From a bacterium (GTDB lineage: Bacteria > UBA8248 > JACPRG01 > G963555815), in assembly GCA_965261595.1 (NCBI GenBank), contig CBDHDG010000006.1, positions 384,001-448,000 of the forward strand: a stretch of 64,000 nucleotides of DNA, written 5' to 3'. The notes beneath the pieces were generated by a model. That model did not search any database. It was not told where the DNA came from and worked only from the letters and a program-made list of their open reading frames with translations. Numbering within the stretch: position 1 is the first letter of the stretch; each line of letters begins with the position of its first letter. The position numbers were made by a program, and so were the translations under genes. Positions 10,325-19,579 of the stretch are shown here, piece by piece.

Positions 10325-10351
10325 TGACTCACCCTTGACATAACCGTGACA
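10325..10351 (+). promoter_or_regulatory. Three TGAC(A/T) direct repeats at an 11-bp period; candidate OmpR/PhoB-type operator
   Basis: TGAC at 10325, 10336 and 10347, upstream of the Met-rich gene. Confidence 0.6.
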
Positions 10352-10464
10352 TCCCGAAGCCGCGCGGCGGCCATATTGGGTAGCGTGGTTCGTCCATGTC
10401 CATCCACCCAACCGGCCGCCCGACCCATCGGTCCCGATCGGCCCCCACCCGGGAGAAACCAATC

Positions 10465-10758
10465 ATGCGCAAGAGATTCGTCATTTCCGCAACCCTGGCC
10501 CTGTTATCCGCTCTCAGTATTCCCGCCCTTTCCGCCGAAATGAAAAAAGAGGGGATGATGAAGAAGGAAGGAATGGTCAAGAAAGAAGCCTCGATGAAAA
10601 CGGACGGAATGTCGAAGGACGATGGGATGATGAAGAAAACGGGAATGGCCAAGAAAGACCCCCCGATGAAGGCGAACGGAATGTCGAAGGACGATGGGGC
10701 GATGATGAAAGGCGACAAAACCAAGAAGACCGGAATGATGGACAAAGAATCGAAATAA
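10465..10758 (+). CDS. Secreted methionine-rich MXKDX-repeat protein (MrpX-like)
   Basis: Signal peptide ending ALSA, then M-x-K-D/E-x repeats; 15 Met in about 73 mature residues. Confidence 0.85.
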   Translation: MRKRFVISATLALLSALSIPALSAEMKKEGMMKKEGMVKKEASMKTDGMSKDDGMMKKTGMAKKDPPMKANGMSKDDGAMMKGDKTKKTGMMDKESK

Positions 10759-10769
10759 CAGACGGATTC

Positions 10770-10797
10770 GGACCCAAGGGTTCAAACCCTTGGGTCC
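10770..10797. terminator. Perfect hairpin between the Met-rich gene and msrP
   Basis: GGACCCAAGGGTT-CA-AACCCTTGGGTCC, no U-tail. Confidence 0.45.
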
Positions 10798-10887
10798 GGA
10801 CCCCTTGGTCCAATGATTCATACCCTGTAGGATAAAAGGGAGAGTTGTCCTTTCACCCCCATCGAGGGACGGGAAAAGGAGGAATCC

Positions 10888-11868
10888 ATGCACTACCTGA
10901 AAAAGCCGGAATGGTCGATCCCGGAGCGGGACGCGACCCCGGAATCCGTCTTCCTGGACCGCCGGAAATTTCTGGCGGGAAGCCTGGGCGTCGCCGCGGG
11001 GGGCATCCTGGGCGCGCACGGCCTCGCGGGGACCGCGGAGGCCAAGACCGATTCGCCCAAAGACATGACCTTGGACCTCTACCCGGCGAAGCGGAATCCC
11101 GCGTTCACCTTGGACCGTCCGCTGACCCTGGAGGCCGTGGCGGCCAAATACAACAACTTTTTCGAGTTCGGCGGGACGAAAACGATTCACCGTCTCTCCA
11201 AGCGCCTCAAGACCCGTCCCTGGCAGGTGGAGGTCGGGGGTCTCGTCCGCAACCCCAAGACCTACGACATCGACGACCTCATTCGCGCCATGCCGCTGGA
11301 AGAGCGCCTCTACCGGTTCCGGTGCGTGGAGGCGTGGGCCATGGCGATCCCGTGGACCGGTTTTCCGATCTCCGCCCTCATCAAGGCGGTCGAGCCGAAA
11401 AACAACGCCAAGTACATCAAGATGACCACGTTCCTGAAACGGACCGTGGCCCTCGGCCAGCTCCAGATCTGGTATCCCTGGCCCTACGTCGAGGCCCTGA
11501 CCATCGAGGAGGGGATGAACGACCTCGCCCTGTTCGTGACCGGCATCTACGGCAAGCCCCTGCCCCAGCAGCACGGCGCGCCCATCCGGCTCATTACGCC
11601 GTGGAAATACGGTTTCAAAAGCGTCAAGTCCATCGTCTCCATCGAGTTCACGGAGAAGCGGCCGAAGAGCTTTTGGGAAAAGCTCGCCCCCAACGAATAC
11701 GGCTTCTGGGCGAACGTGAACCCCAAATTCCCCCACCCGCGCTGGTCGCAGGCATCCGAGCGGATGCTCGGCACCGACGTGCGCAGACCCACGCGGGTCT
11801 TCAACGGCTACGGGAAGTGGGTCGCCTCGATGTACCCGAACATGAAGGAGCGCAAGTACTTCATGTAG
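10888..11868 (+). CDS. msrP: Periplasmic protein-methionine-sulfoxide reductase catalytic subunit MsrP (YedY)
   Basis: Tat motif DRRKFL; YNNFFEF, YRFRCVEAW, GAPIRL--PWKYGFKS-KSI, NVNP--PHPRWSQA. Confidence 0.95.
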   Translation: MHYLKKPEWSIPERDATPESVFLDRRKFLAGSLGVAAGGILGAHGLAGTAEAKTDSPKDMTLDLYPAKRNPAFTLDRPLTLEAVAAKYNNFFEFGGTKTIHRLSKRLKTRPWQVEVGGLVRNPKTYDIDDLIRAMPLEERLYRFRCVEAWAMAIPWTGFPISALIKAVEPKNNAKYIKMTTFLKRTVALGQLQIWYPWPYVEALTIEEGMNDLALFVTGIYGKPLPQQHGAPIRLITPWKYGFKSVKSIVSIEFTEKRPKSFWEKLAPNEYGFWANVNPKFPHPRWSQASERMLGTDVRRPTRVFNGYGKWVASMYPNMKERKYFM

Positions 11869-11976
11869 CGAGCCCGCGGGCCGCCGGATCCCCCCCCCCG
11901 ATGCTCAGGGGTTTCGGGCGGAGGGCGCGTCCTTCGCCCGAAACCCGTTTTTGGATACCGTTGAATCGAAGCGACA

Positions 11977-13263
11977 ATGAGCTCGAGGCAGGCAAACCCT
12001 TCCGCCGTATACGCCAACGCCAAAGGCGAAATCTTCGACGTTCCCAATCTGGAAATGGCGGGCCTTTCTGGGGGAAACCTGGTCCGCCCGGACGATGAGG
12101 ACCTGACCCCCCTTCCGGACGGAAGCAAGTTCTTTCTCCTGCCCGGCGGGCGGCCCGTCGGCTGGGACCCTCAAGGCAAGGCGTTTTCCCCGGCCCCGGA
12201 GGGCCTGACGGCCGTATCGGCCTTCCCGGCCCCGGGCTTTGCCCGCACCCTGCTTCCCGCCGTGGACTTTTCCGGCGCGCGGACGCCGCTTCCCCTGTGG
12301 GCGTACACCGCGATTGGATGGAGAGAAGACGGATTCGTGGCCGCCGCCGTCCGGGTGGACCCGAGCCCCAAGCAGGACCCCGGGCGCTACGACGATCGTG
12401 ATCTGGAGGTCCTCGTGAAACGCCGGCTCGCGGAAGACCCGGACAACCGGCTCCTGGCTCATGTGGCCCATTGCGCAACCCAATACCACTGCTTCGCGGC
12501 CAAGAACCTCTTCTACCGGCGGTGGGAGGCGCCCTTGCCGACAACGGCCGTGTGCAACGCCGACTGCGTGGGGTGCATCTCCTTCCAGCCGGACGGGGAG
12601 TTCCCCGCCTCCCACAACCGGATCGCCTTCATCCCCGAGGTGGAGGAGCTCGCCGCGTTGGCCGCGCCCCATCTGAACGAGGCGGAGGACGCCATCGTCA
12701 GCTTCGGCCAGGGCTGCGACGGGGACCCCTTGATGCAGACCCCGCTCCTGAAGGCGGCCATCGGGCGCATCCGCTCGGAAACGGACCGGGGCGCGATCCA
12801 CCTGAACACCAACGGGAGCCTGCCGGGCGCCCTGACGGAGCTGGCCCGGGCGGGGCTGGACAGCGTCCGCGTCAGTCTCAACAGCGCGCGGGAGGAGGTC
12901 TATGCCCCTTATTATCGGCCGAAGGATTACCGCTTCTCCGACGTCCGGGAGACCCTCCGCCGGGCGGCGGCCGAGGGGCTGTTCGTGTCGCTGAATTATC
13001 TGATCTTTCCCGGCGTGACCGACCGGGAGGAGGAGATGGAGGCCCTGGAAGCCCTCATCGAGGGGTCGGGTCTTCACATGGTCCAAACGAAGAACCTCTG
13101 CATCGACCCGGCGCTTTACCTGAACACCGTCCCCCCCGCACGGGGCGGGGTCATCGGAATCGCGGGCTTTCTGGATCGGCTCCGGGAGCGGTTTCCGTCC
13201 CTGGACGTGGGCTATTTCAACCGGCCGAAGGAGCGGTTTCCGTTCGTCCGGGGCGGCGAGTAA
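11977..13263 (+). CDS. Radical SAM protein of unknown function
   Basis: CNADCVGC (CxxxCxxC), SFGQGCDGDP, LNTNG, VRVSLNS. Confidence 0.88.
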   Translation: MSSRQANPSAVYANAKGEIFDVPNLEMAGLSGGNLVRPDDEDLTPLPDGSKFFLLPGGRPVGWDPQGKAFSPAPEGLTAVSAFPAPGFARTLLPAVDFSGARTPLPLWAYTAIGWREDGFVAAAVRVDPSPKQDPGRYDDRDLEVLVKRRLAEDPDNRLLAHVAHCATQYHCFAAKNLFYRRWEAPLPTTAVCNADCVGCISFQPDGEFPASHNRIAFIPEVEELAALAAPHLNEAEDAIVSFGQGCDGDPLMQTPLLKAAIGRIRSETDRGAIHLNTNGSLPGALTELARAGLDSVRVSLNSAREEVYAPYYRPKDYRFSDVRETLRRAAAEGLFVSLNYLIFPGVTDREEEMEALEALIEGSGLHMVQTKNLCIDPALYLNTVPPARGGVIGIAGFLDRLRERFPSLDVGYFNRPKERFPFVRGGE

Positions 13264-13353
13264 CGGTCGAGGGGTGAAACGGCCGAGCCGCCCTGGTGGA
13301 ATCCCGAAAGGGATGGAAAACCCGCTCCCTCCCCCTTCCCCCCTACTCTCTCC

Positions 13354-13722
13354 CTACCCCACCCGCTGGATATAGTTCACAAGGATGCTGGTCGATAAGT
13401 ATTCCAGGTCCACCGGCTTTGTGACGTAATCGTCGGCCCCGTTCTGAACGGCGCTCCGGGCCAGGTGTTCATCCCGGACGGCCGAGACCATGATGACCCG
13501 CACCTCCGGGTCCTCCGACTTGATGTGATGGAGGGCGTCGATGCCGGTCATCCCGGGCATCATGATATCCAGCAAAATGAGGTGCGGCCGAAAGGCGGCC
13601 TGGCTCTTCAAGCCTCTTTGGCATTCAGGGAGACTTGAACGTCGTGCTCCTATGGATGTCAGATATTTCTTCAGGACGCGACAGACATCCGGCTCGTCGT
13701 CAACGATCAGTATCCTGGCCAT
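13354..13722 (-). CDS. Single-domain response regulator receiver (CheY-like); probable compensating indels near 13600-13650
   Basis: ILIVDDE, LLDIMMP, GADDYVTKP; a shifted frame gives the expected HDVQVSLNAKEA segment. Confidence 0.85.
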   Translation of the reverse strand: MARILIVDDEPDVCRVLKKYLTSIGARRSSLPECQRGLKSQAAFRPHLILLDIMMPGMTGIDALHHIKSEDPEVRVIMVSAVRDEHLARSAVQNGADDYVTKPVDLEYLSTSILVNYIQRVG

Positions 13723-14047
13723 CCATTCACCTCTGAATTGAATGCATCACCCGGAACATCGAACCCGACGGGTGGTCGGCCCCTTTCAATCAATTCGCGC
13801 TGGTCGATGGTCTCTGGTCCGAGCAGGCGGATTCCCGCCTCTCATTTTCCTAATATGGATTTCCAATACCAAAATCGATAGTGGAGAATTGGTAAAATTT
13901 CGTTACGTTGGCCCCAAAGGATCCGCTCGATCTTTTCCCCTTTTTCCCGCGTCATTCACCGAATGCCCGCTGAACCGCCGGACGGAGAGCCCCGGCTCAT
14001 TCTCGCCTAAGGCGCCGAGCAGCGGCCGGCGGCGGCGAATTTTTTCG

Positions 14048-14076
14048 AAAAAAAAGAGCCCGCATTCAACGGGCCC
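14048..14076 (-). terminator. Rho-independent terminator after the flgM-like gene
   Basis: Minus strand GGGCCCG-TTGAATG-CGGGCTC followed by T8. Confidence 0.75.
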
Positions 14077-14117
14077 TGGAAACGCTTGATTCGGACAACC
14101 GAATTTGGGGACGGCGG

Positions 14118-14405
14118 CTACTCGAACAAGTCGGGCTCTTCCTCACGTAAGATGCACTCGGCGACCCGGAAGCTGTCCACCCGGTACGTTCCGTTTCGGA
14201 CGGCCCGCTTAATTTCCTTCACCCGCCGCGCGCGCGCTTCGTCGTCCAGCTTTCTGAGCGAATGGATGTCGCGCAAAGCGATGGCCGCCTCGGAAAGCTT
14301 CAGGTCATAGTGGGGGCTCGTTTCCACCGGGACCCTGCGGGTCATGCGCGAGAGCCCCCGGCGGGTGTGGTCGGCGTCTTGATAAAAGCGCTTCGGTGGT
14401 CCCAT
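14118..14405 (-). CDS. flgM: FlgM-like anti-sigma-28 factor
   Basis: LKLSE-A and RVKEIKRAVRNGTYRVDS--VAECIL match the FlgM C-terminal pattern. Confidence 0.65.
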   Translation of the reverse strand: MGPPKRFYQDADHTRRGLSRMTRRVPVETSPHYDLKLSEAAIALRDIHSLRKLDDEARARRVKEIKRAVRNGTYRVDSFRVAECILREEEPDLFE

Positions 14406-14743
14406 CCGAGCTTGCCGCGCTCCGGATTGATGGAATTGATACTAAAATTAGAAACGGAGGCATCTTACCAGAAACGCTCCCGCATCGCAACCCCCAAGGG
14501 GGGAGCGTCTTGTTTGGAAATCCGGAGAGGGTTTGTTCCCCACCGGGTCTTGAGGCGGGGATTGGGGGACGACCGGATCCCTCCCGAGAGCGGGAAGCTC
14601 ATTTGAAGGGCTGAAATTCATTTGTAAAAATGTGGCGGCGATTGAGAGCCGACTCTAAATAGGCGGGGAACATCGATATCGGAATTCCTACACGACAGGC
14701 GTGCGGGACTGAGATCGAAAAAGTATTGATTGGAGAAGTGCAA

Positions 14744-14953
14744 GTGGTTCAAGGAACAGTAAAGTGGTTTAACGACTCGAAAGGTTTTGGTTTCATCTCG
14801 CCCGGGGAAGGTGAAGAAGACGTTTTTGTTCACCACACGGCCATTCAAGGAGAGGGCTTCAAGTCCCTGACAGAAGGAGATTCCGTCTCCTTCGACATCA
14901 CGGAGGGTCCAAAGGGACTCCAGGCATCCAACGTGCAGAAGTTGTCGGGTTAA
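14744..14953 (+). CDS. cspA: Cold-shock protein (CspA family)
   Basis: [35 protein letters not shown] before GTG. Confidence 0.95.
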   Translation: MVQGTVKWFNDSKGFGFISPGEGEEDVFVHHTAIQGEGFKSLTEGDSVSFDITEGPKGLQASNVQKLSG

Positions 14954-14977
14954 TTACAAATACCGGACAGAAGATTC

Positions 14978-15012
14978 AAAAAGGCGGCCTGGTTACAGGC
15001 CGCCTTTTTTTA
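14978..15012 (+). terminator. Rho-independent (bidirectional) terminator
   Basis: AAAAAGGCGGCCTG-GTTA-CAGGCCGCCTTTTTTT. Confidence 0.9.
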
Positions 15013-15196
15013 TTTTCGATGCCGCCGACAGAGAGGGCTGTCATCCGGATTCGGCGGCGACCCGGCCGGGAACGGGAAAATCCACACCCTCAAACCTTGT
15101 GGCCGATTCCCCATGAGGTTGCCCGCTTTGACTTCCAGTCCGCGGGGCTATATCCTGACACCACGTTGAACGGAACCCTTGATTGGAGGATTGATT

Positions 15197-16234
15197 GTGG
15201 ACTGGGATGAATTCAGAAACCGCCGAAAGCCCGACGGGGGAGGGGGAGAGGGTCCACAGTTCCAACTGCCGAACATCAAGCTGCCCGATATTGGAAAGCT
15301 GGGGGTTTGGGGCCTGATTGTTGTCGCCTTGCTCATCTGGATCGCCACGGGGATCTACACCGTGGGTCCGGACGAGCAGGGGGTGGTGCTGCGGTTCGGT
15401 AAGATAAACACCATCACGGGCCCGGGTCTCAACTATCACCTCCCTTACCCCTTCGAGACCGTCTTCAAACCGAAGGTGACCGAGGTCAAGCGGATCGAGG
15501 TCGGCTTCCGGACGCTCGACCCCGGTCCGCCGGCCCGCTACGCCGACCGTCCCCAGGAATCCCTGATGCTGACCGGTGACGAGAACATTGTGGACGTCGA
15601 CCTCATCGTCCAGTACCGAATCGCCGACGCGGCCAAGTTCCTGTTCCATGTCAAGGACCCAGACGGGACGGTGCGCAAGGCGACCGAAGCGGCCATCCGC
15701 GAGGTGGTCGGGAGCAAGATCATCGACGAGACCCTCACAACGGGCAAGGACCAGATCCAAGCCGAGACCATGGCGCTCGTCCAGAAGATCCTGGACCGGT
15801 ACGATTCCGGGCTCCTCATCATGGCCGTCCAGCTCCAGGACGTGAACCCGCCCACGCAGGTCCGGGACGCATTCATCGACGTGGCGAGCGCCCGCGAGGA
15901 CAAAAACCGGATCATCAACGAGGCCCAGGGCTACAGAAACGCCATCATCCCGGAGACCCGCGGAAAGGTGTCCCAGGTCATCAACGAGGCCCAGGGCTAC
16001 CGCGCCGAGAAGACCCGAAAGGCGACCGGAGACGCCGACCGTTTCAAGCAGATCCTGCGCGAATACCAGAAGGCCAAGAGCGTCACCCGCAAGCGGCTCT
16101 ACCTGGAAACCATGGAAGAGATCCTGCCGGGGATCAAGAAGATCATCCTGGACCAGAGTAAAGGGAGGGGGGTCCTTCCCATCCTCCCGCTGGGAGACAG
16201 CGGCTCGCTGACCGGCCTGAAGGGGACCCGTTAA
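15197..16234 (+). CDS. hflK: FtsH protease modulator HflK
   Basis: GVVLRFGK, ESLMLTGDENIV, AF-DV--AREDK, RLYLETMEE. Confidence 0.95.
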   Translation: MDWDEFRNRRKPDGGGGEGPQFQLPNIKLPDIGKLGVWGLIVVALLIWIATGIYTVGPDEQGVVLRFGKINTITGPGLNYHLPYPFETVFKPKVTEVKRIEVGFRTLDPGPPARYADRPQESLMLTGDENIVDVDLIVQYRIADAAKFLFHVKDPDGTVRKATEAAIREVVGSKIIDETLTTGKDQIQAETMALVQKILDRYDSGLLIMAVQLQDVNPPTQVRDAFIDVASAREDKNRIINEAQGYRNAIIPETRGKVSQVINEAQGYRAEKTRKATGDADRFKQILREYQKAKSVTRKRLYLETMEEILPGIKKIILDQSKGRGVLPILPLGDSGSLTGLKGTR

Positions 16235-17089
16235 ATGCAAAAGCGCCAAGTGATCGCCCTGGTCATCCTCATCGCGGTCTTGATCGGTGTGCGTTCGACC
16301 GCGTTCATCGTCAACGAGGGACAGCAGGCCATCGTGTTGCAGCTGGGCAGGCCCGTGGGGGGCGTAAAGACGCCGGGTCTGCACTTCAAGACGCCGTTCA
16401 TTCAGAATATCCGGTTCTTCGACCGGCGAATCCTCGAGTATGACGCCACCGCCCGGCCCATCATCACGAAGGACAAGAAAACCCTCGTGGTGGACAACTT
16501 CGCCAAGTGGCAGATCATCGACCCCCTGAAATTCCTCCAGACCGTGCGGACCGAAGGAGGCGCCCAATCCCGCTTGGACGACATCGTCTACTCCGAGCTT
16601 CGCGTCGACCTGGCCCGAAAAACCCTGGTGGAAATCGTCACCAAAGACAGGGCCGAGATAATGGGGTTGGTTGCCCGGCGCAGTGACGCGAAGGCCCGGG
16701 ACTACGGCATCCGGATTGTGGACGTCCGGATCAAGCGCGCCGACCTGCCGCCGGAGAACGAGAAGGCCATCTTCGGCCGGATGCAGGCCGAGCGCCAGCG
16801 GATCGCCAGGCAGTACCGCTCCGAGGGACAGGAGCAGGCCCTGAAAATCCGGGCCGAAACCGACAAGGAGAAGACCATCCTCCTCGCCGACGCGTATCAG
16901 AAAGAGCAGCAGATGCGCGGAGAGGGGGACGCCAAGGCCATCTCGATTTACGCCGATGCCTTCGAAAAGGACCCGGAATTCTATGGGTTCCTGCGGACGT
17001 TGGAGGCCTACAAAAAATCGCTGAAAACCGGGACGACCCTCCTGATGCCCGCCCAGTCCGATTTCCTCAAGCATCTTTTCAAAGAGTAA
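16235..17089 (+). CDS. hflC: FtsH protease modulator HflC
   Basis: PGLHFK-PF, DVRIKRADLP, RMQAER, DPEFY-FLR-LEAY. Confidence 0.95.
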   Translation: MQKRQVIALVILIAVLIGVRSTAFIVNEGQQAIVLQLGRPVGGVKTPGLHFKTPFIQNIRFFDRRILEYDATARPIITKDKKTLVVDNFAKWQIIDPLKFLQTVRTEGGAQSRLDDIVYSELRVDLARKTLVEIVTKDRAEIMGLVARRSDAKARDYGIRIVDVRIKRADLPPENEKAIFGRMQAERQRIARQYRSEGQEQALKIRAETDKEKTILLADAYQKEQQMRGEGDAKAISIYADAFEKDPEFYGFLRTLEAYKKSLKTGTTLLMPAQSDFLKHLFKE

Positions 17090-17174
17090 CCGCCGGCGCC
17101 GTCCCGGGAGGAACGGGTTGGGACGGCTTCGTGGGGGAACCTGTCCTGGCCGCGAGCGTTCAACCTTCTAATCC

Positions 17175-17768
17175 ATGACCGGATTTTCCGGATACGAGCT
17201 CGGCCCCATCGTCATTTTTCTGCCCTTGCTCTGGGCGGTCCTGGCCGTCCTGGTCGTCCTGTGGTTCACGCTGCCCTTCGCGGTGTTCGGCATCAAGCGG
17301 CGCCTGGACCGGATGATCGACCTCTTGGAAGCCCAGGGGGAGAGAGCGAGGGGAGCCGAACACCCGACCCGTGCGGAGGCCCCTTCCGGGGCGGCGGCCC
17401 GAATCTTCGAGGAGATCCGGCGCGAGCTGATTCAGGCCCGAGCCGATATCTCCGAAGAGGGCCGGGTCCCGGGACGGGCGTCCTTCGTTTTGACGTCCGG
17501 CGCCCGCCGGATCGAGTGGGCCGAGCTTAGCCTTCGGGGAGACAGGGTGGAGCTCGTGTTGGACCTGGAGGGCCTGGCGCCCGCCTTGCGCGGGGACGAC
17601 ACCTTGGCCCGGATTCAGGCCGCCTTGGCCCGCGAACCCGGCATCCGGCTGCTCACGGGACAGAAAAGACATCAGGCCACGGTCCAAATCGAACCGGAAG
17701 GGGAAGCCCGCGTCCGCGAATTGACGGCGCTGCTCAAGACGCGAATCCTGGACGTTCTCCCCTCCTAA
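17175..17768 (+). CDS. Hypothetical membrane-anchored protein
   Basis: N-terminal TM segment with LPFAVFGIKRRLD, host-like codon usage. Confidence 0.6.
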   Translation: MTGFSGYELGPIVIFLPLLWAVLAVLVVLWFTLPFAVFGIKRRLDRMIDLLEAQGERARGAEHPTRAEAPSGAAARIFEEIRRELIQARADISEEGRVPGRASFVLTSGARRIEWAELSLRGDRVELVLDLEGLAPALRGDDTLARIQAALAREPGIRLLTGQKRHQATVQIEPEGEARVRELTALLKTRILDVLPS

Positions 17769-17887
17769 CCTGGATTTCTCACTATTACAAAGGGTCAAGC
17801 CACCTATGGTCGGGGAAACTCATTTCCGGTCAACGCCTTGCCTGAGAGGAGGATTTCAACCGGGTATGTCTCCCTGGGCGTTTGCTG

Positions 17888-17967
17888 GGGCGGGTACAGA
17901 GCCCCGCCCCTACACTGGAGCGAACGTGCGCACTTTCCGATGTAGGGGCCGGGCTCCGTACCGGCCC
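17888..17967. repeat. Inverted pair of GTAG-type REP elements
   Basis: 17888-17914 (rc TGTAGGGGCGGGGCTCTGTACCCGCCC) and 17941-17967 (TGTAGGGGCCGGGCTCCGTACCGGCCC). Confidence 0.75.
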
Positions 17968-18100
17968 TCCCCGTTAGCCGGCGCGTGAGTCATGAGCGTG
18001 TGGTGCGGCCCCATCGCAGTCTTTGTGAGAAACCCAGGCTAAGCCCTTCACGCCCGGCAGGCTGGAGACCTCCTCGAACGGGGTCTCCGGAATACAGCGA

Positions 18101-19567
18101 ATGAGTGAATCGATCCCCTACGCCCCCATGCACGCGCTTTCCGAGGGACTGCAACGGGGCGAATACTCCTCCGAAGAGATCACGCAGACCTTCCTGGACC
18201 GGATCGCCGAGATCGGCCCCCGGGTCAACGCCTACATCTCGGTCCAGGAAGAAGCGGCCCTGGCCATGGCGCGCGCGGCGGACGAGAGATGCCGGAAGGC
18301 GGAGAACGTCTCCCCCCTGACCGGAGTCCCCATCGCTCTCAAGGACCTGCTCTGCACCCGCGGCGTTCAAACGACCTGCGGCTCCAAGATCCTCCGCGAC
18401 TACATCGCGCCTTACGACGCCACCGCCGTCGCCCGGCTCCGGGAGGCGGGCGCCGTCTTCCTGGGCAAGACGAACATGGACGAATTCGCCATGGGGTCCT
18501 CCAATGAGACCTCGGCGTACGGCGTCGTCAAGAACCCCTGGGACCCGGATCGCATCCCGGGCGGCTCAAGCGGCGGGAGCGCCGCGGCGGTCGGGGGCGG
18601 GCTCTGCGCCGCCGCCCTGGGGTCGGACACCGGAGGCTCCATCCGCCAGCCGGCGTCCTGCTGCGGCATCGTCGGCCTGAAGCCGACCTACGGCCGGGTC
18701 TCGCGGTTCGGCCTCGTGGCCTTCGCCTCCTCGCTGGACCAGATCGGCCCAATGACGCGGGACGTGCGCGACGCCGCCCTCCTGCTCAACGTCCTGAGCG
18801 GCAAGGACCCGCTGGACTCGACCTCGGCCGACGTGCCGGTCCCGGATTTCACGGCGGCCCTCACGGGGGACGTGAAAGGGCTCAAAATCGGCCTGCCCCG
18901 TGAATACAACATTGAAGGGATCGAGCCCGACGTGGAGGCCCGCGTCCGGGAGGCCGTCGAGGTCCTCCGGGGAATGGGCGCGGAGGTCAAGGACATCTCG
19001 CTCCCCAACAGCCGATACGGCGTCGCCACGTACTACATCGTCGCCCCGGCCGAGGCATCGAGCAATCTGGCGCGCTACGACGGGGTGAGATACGGCCACC
19101 GCTCCGAGCGGACCGGCGACCTCATCGAGATGTACAAGGAGACGCGGGCGGAGGGATTCGGCGCCGAAGTGAAGCGGCGAATCATGCTCGGGACATACGT
19201 GCTGAGCTCGGGTTACTACGACGACTATTACCTGAAGGCCCTCAAGGTGCGGGCGCTGATCCGCGAGGACTTCGAGCGGGCCTTCGAGGAGGTGGACATC
19301 GTGCTGACGGCCACGGCCCCGACGCCCGCCTTCAAGATCGGCGAGCGCATGGACGACCCCCTGACCATGTATCTTTCCGATGTCTTCACCATCCCCTGCA
19401 ACATGGCGGGGATACCGGGGATCAGCATCCCGTGCGGGTTTACCGCGGAGGGCCTCCCGGTCGGGCTTCAGCTTCTGGGCCGCAACTTCGACGAGGAAAC
19501 CCTGCTCCGGGCAGCGGACGCTTATCAGCGAGAAACCGATTTCCACCGGACACAGCCGGATTTGTAG
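18101..19567 (+). CDS. gatA: Asp/Glu-tRNA amidotransferase subunit A
   Basis: [44 protein letters not shown]. Confidence 0.97.
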   Translation: MSESIPYAPMHALSEGLQRGEYSSEEITQTFLDRIAEIGPRVNAYISVQEEAALAMARAADERCRKAENVSPLTGVPIALKDLLCTRGVQTTCGSKILRDYIAPYDATAVARLREAGAVFLGKTNMDEFAMGSSNETSAYGVVKNPWDPDRIPGGSSGGSAAAVGGGLCAAALGSDTGGSIRQPASCCGIVGLKPTYGRVSRFGLVAFASSLDQIGPMTRDVRDAALLLNVLSGKDPLDSTSADVPVPDFTAALTGDVKGLKIGLPREYNIEGIEPDVEARVREAVEVLRGMGAEVKDISLPNSRYGVATYYIVAPAEASSNLARYDGVRYGHRSERTGDLIEMYKETRAEGFGAEVKRRIMLGTYVLSSGYYDDYYLKALKVRALIREDFERAFEEVDIVLTATAPTPAFKIGERMDDPLTMYLSDVFTIPCNMAGIPGISIPCGFTAEGLPVGLQLLGRNFDEETLLRAADAYQRETDFHRTQPDL

Positions 19568-19579
19568 AGGGAAACGGGG

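Noticed and set aside
10537..10758. Periodic repeats as a CRISPR or tandem array
   Set aside because: They are in-frame codon repeats of the Met/Lys protein; no constant repeat-spacer pattern or cas genes were seen in the window
11977..13263. Radical SAM protein as EpmB (partner of the EpmA-like gene) or as an MsrQ substitute
   Set aside because: It lacks lysine 2,3-aminomutase features and TM/heme motifs; proximity is the only link
17769..18100. gatC upstream of gatA
   Set aside because: No ORF with GatC features; the interval holds REP-like repeats
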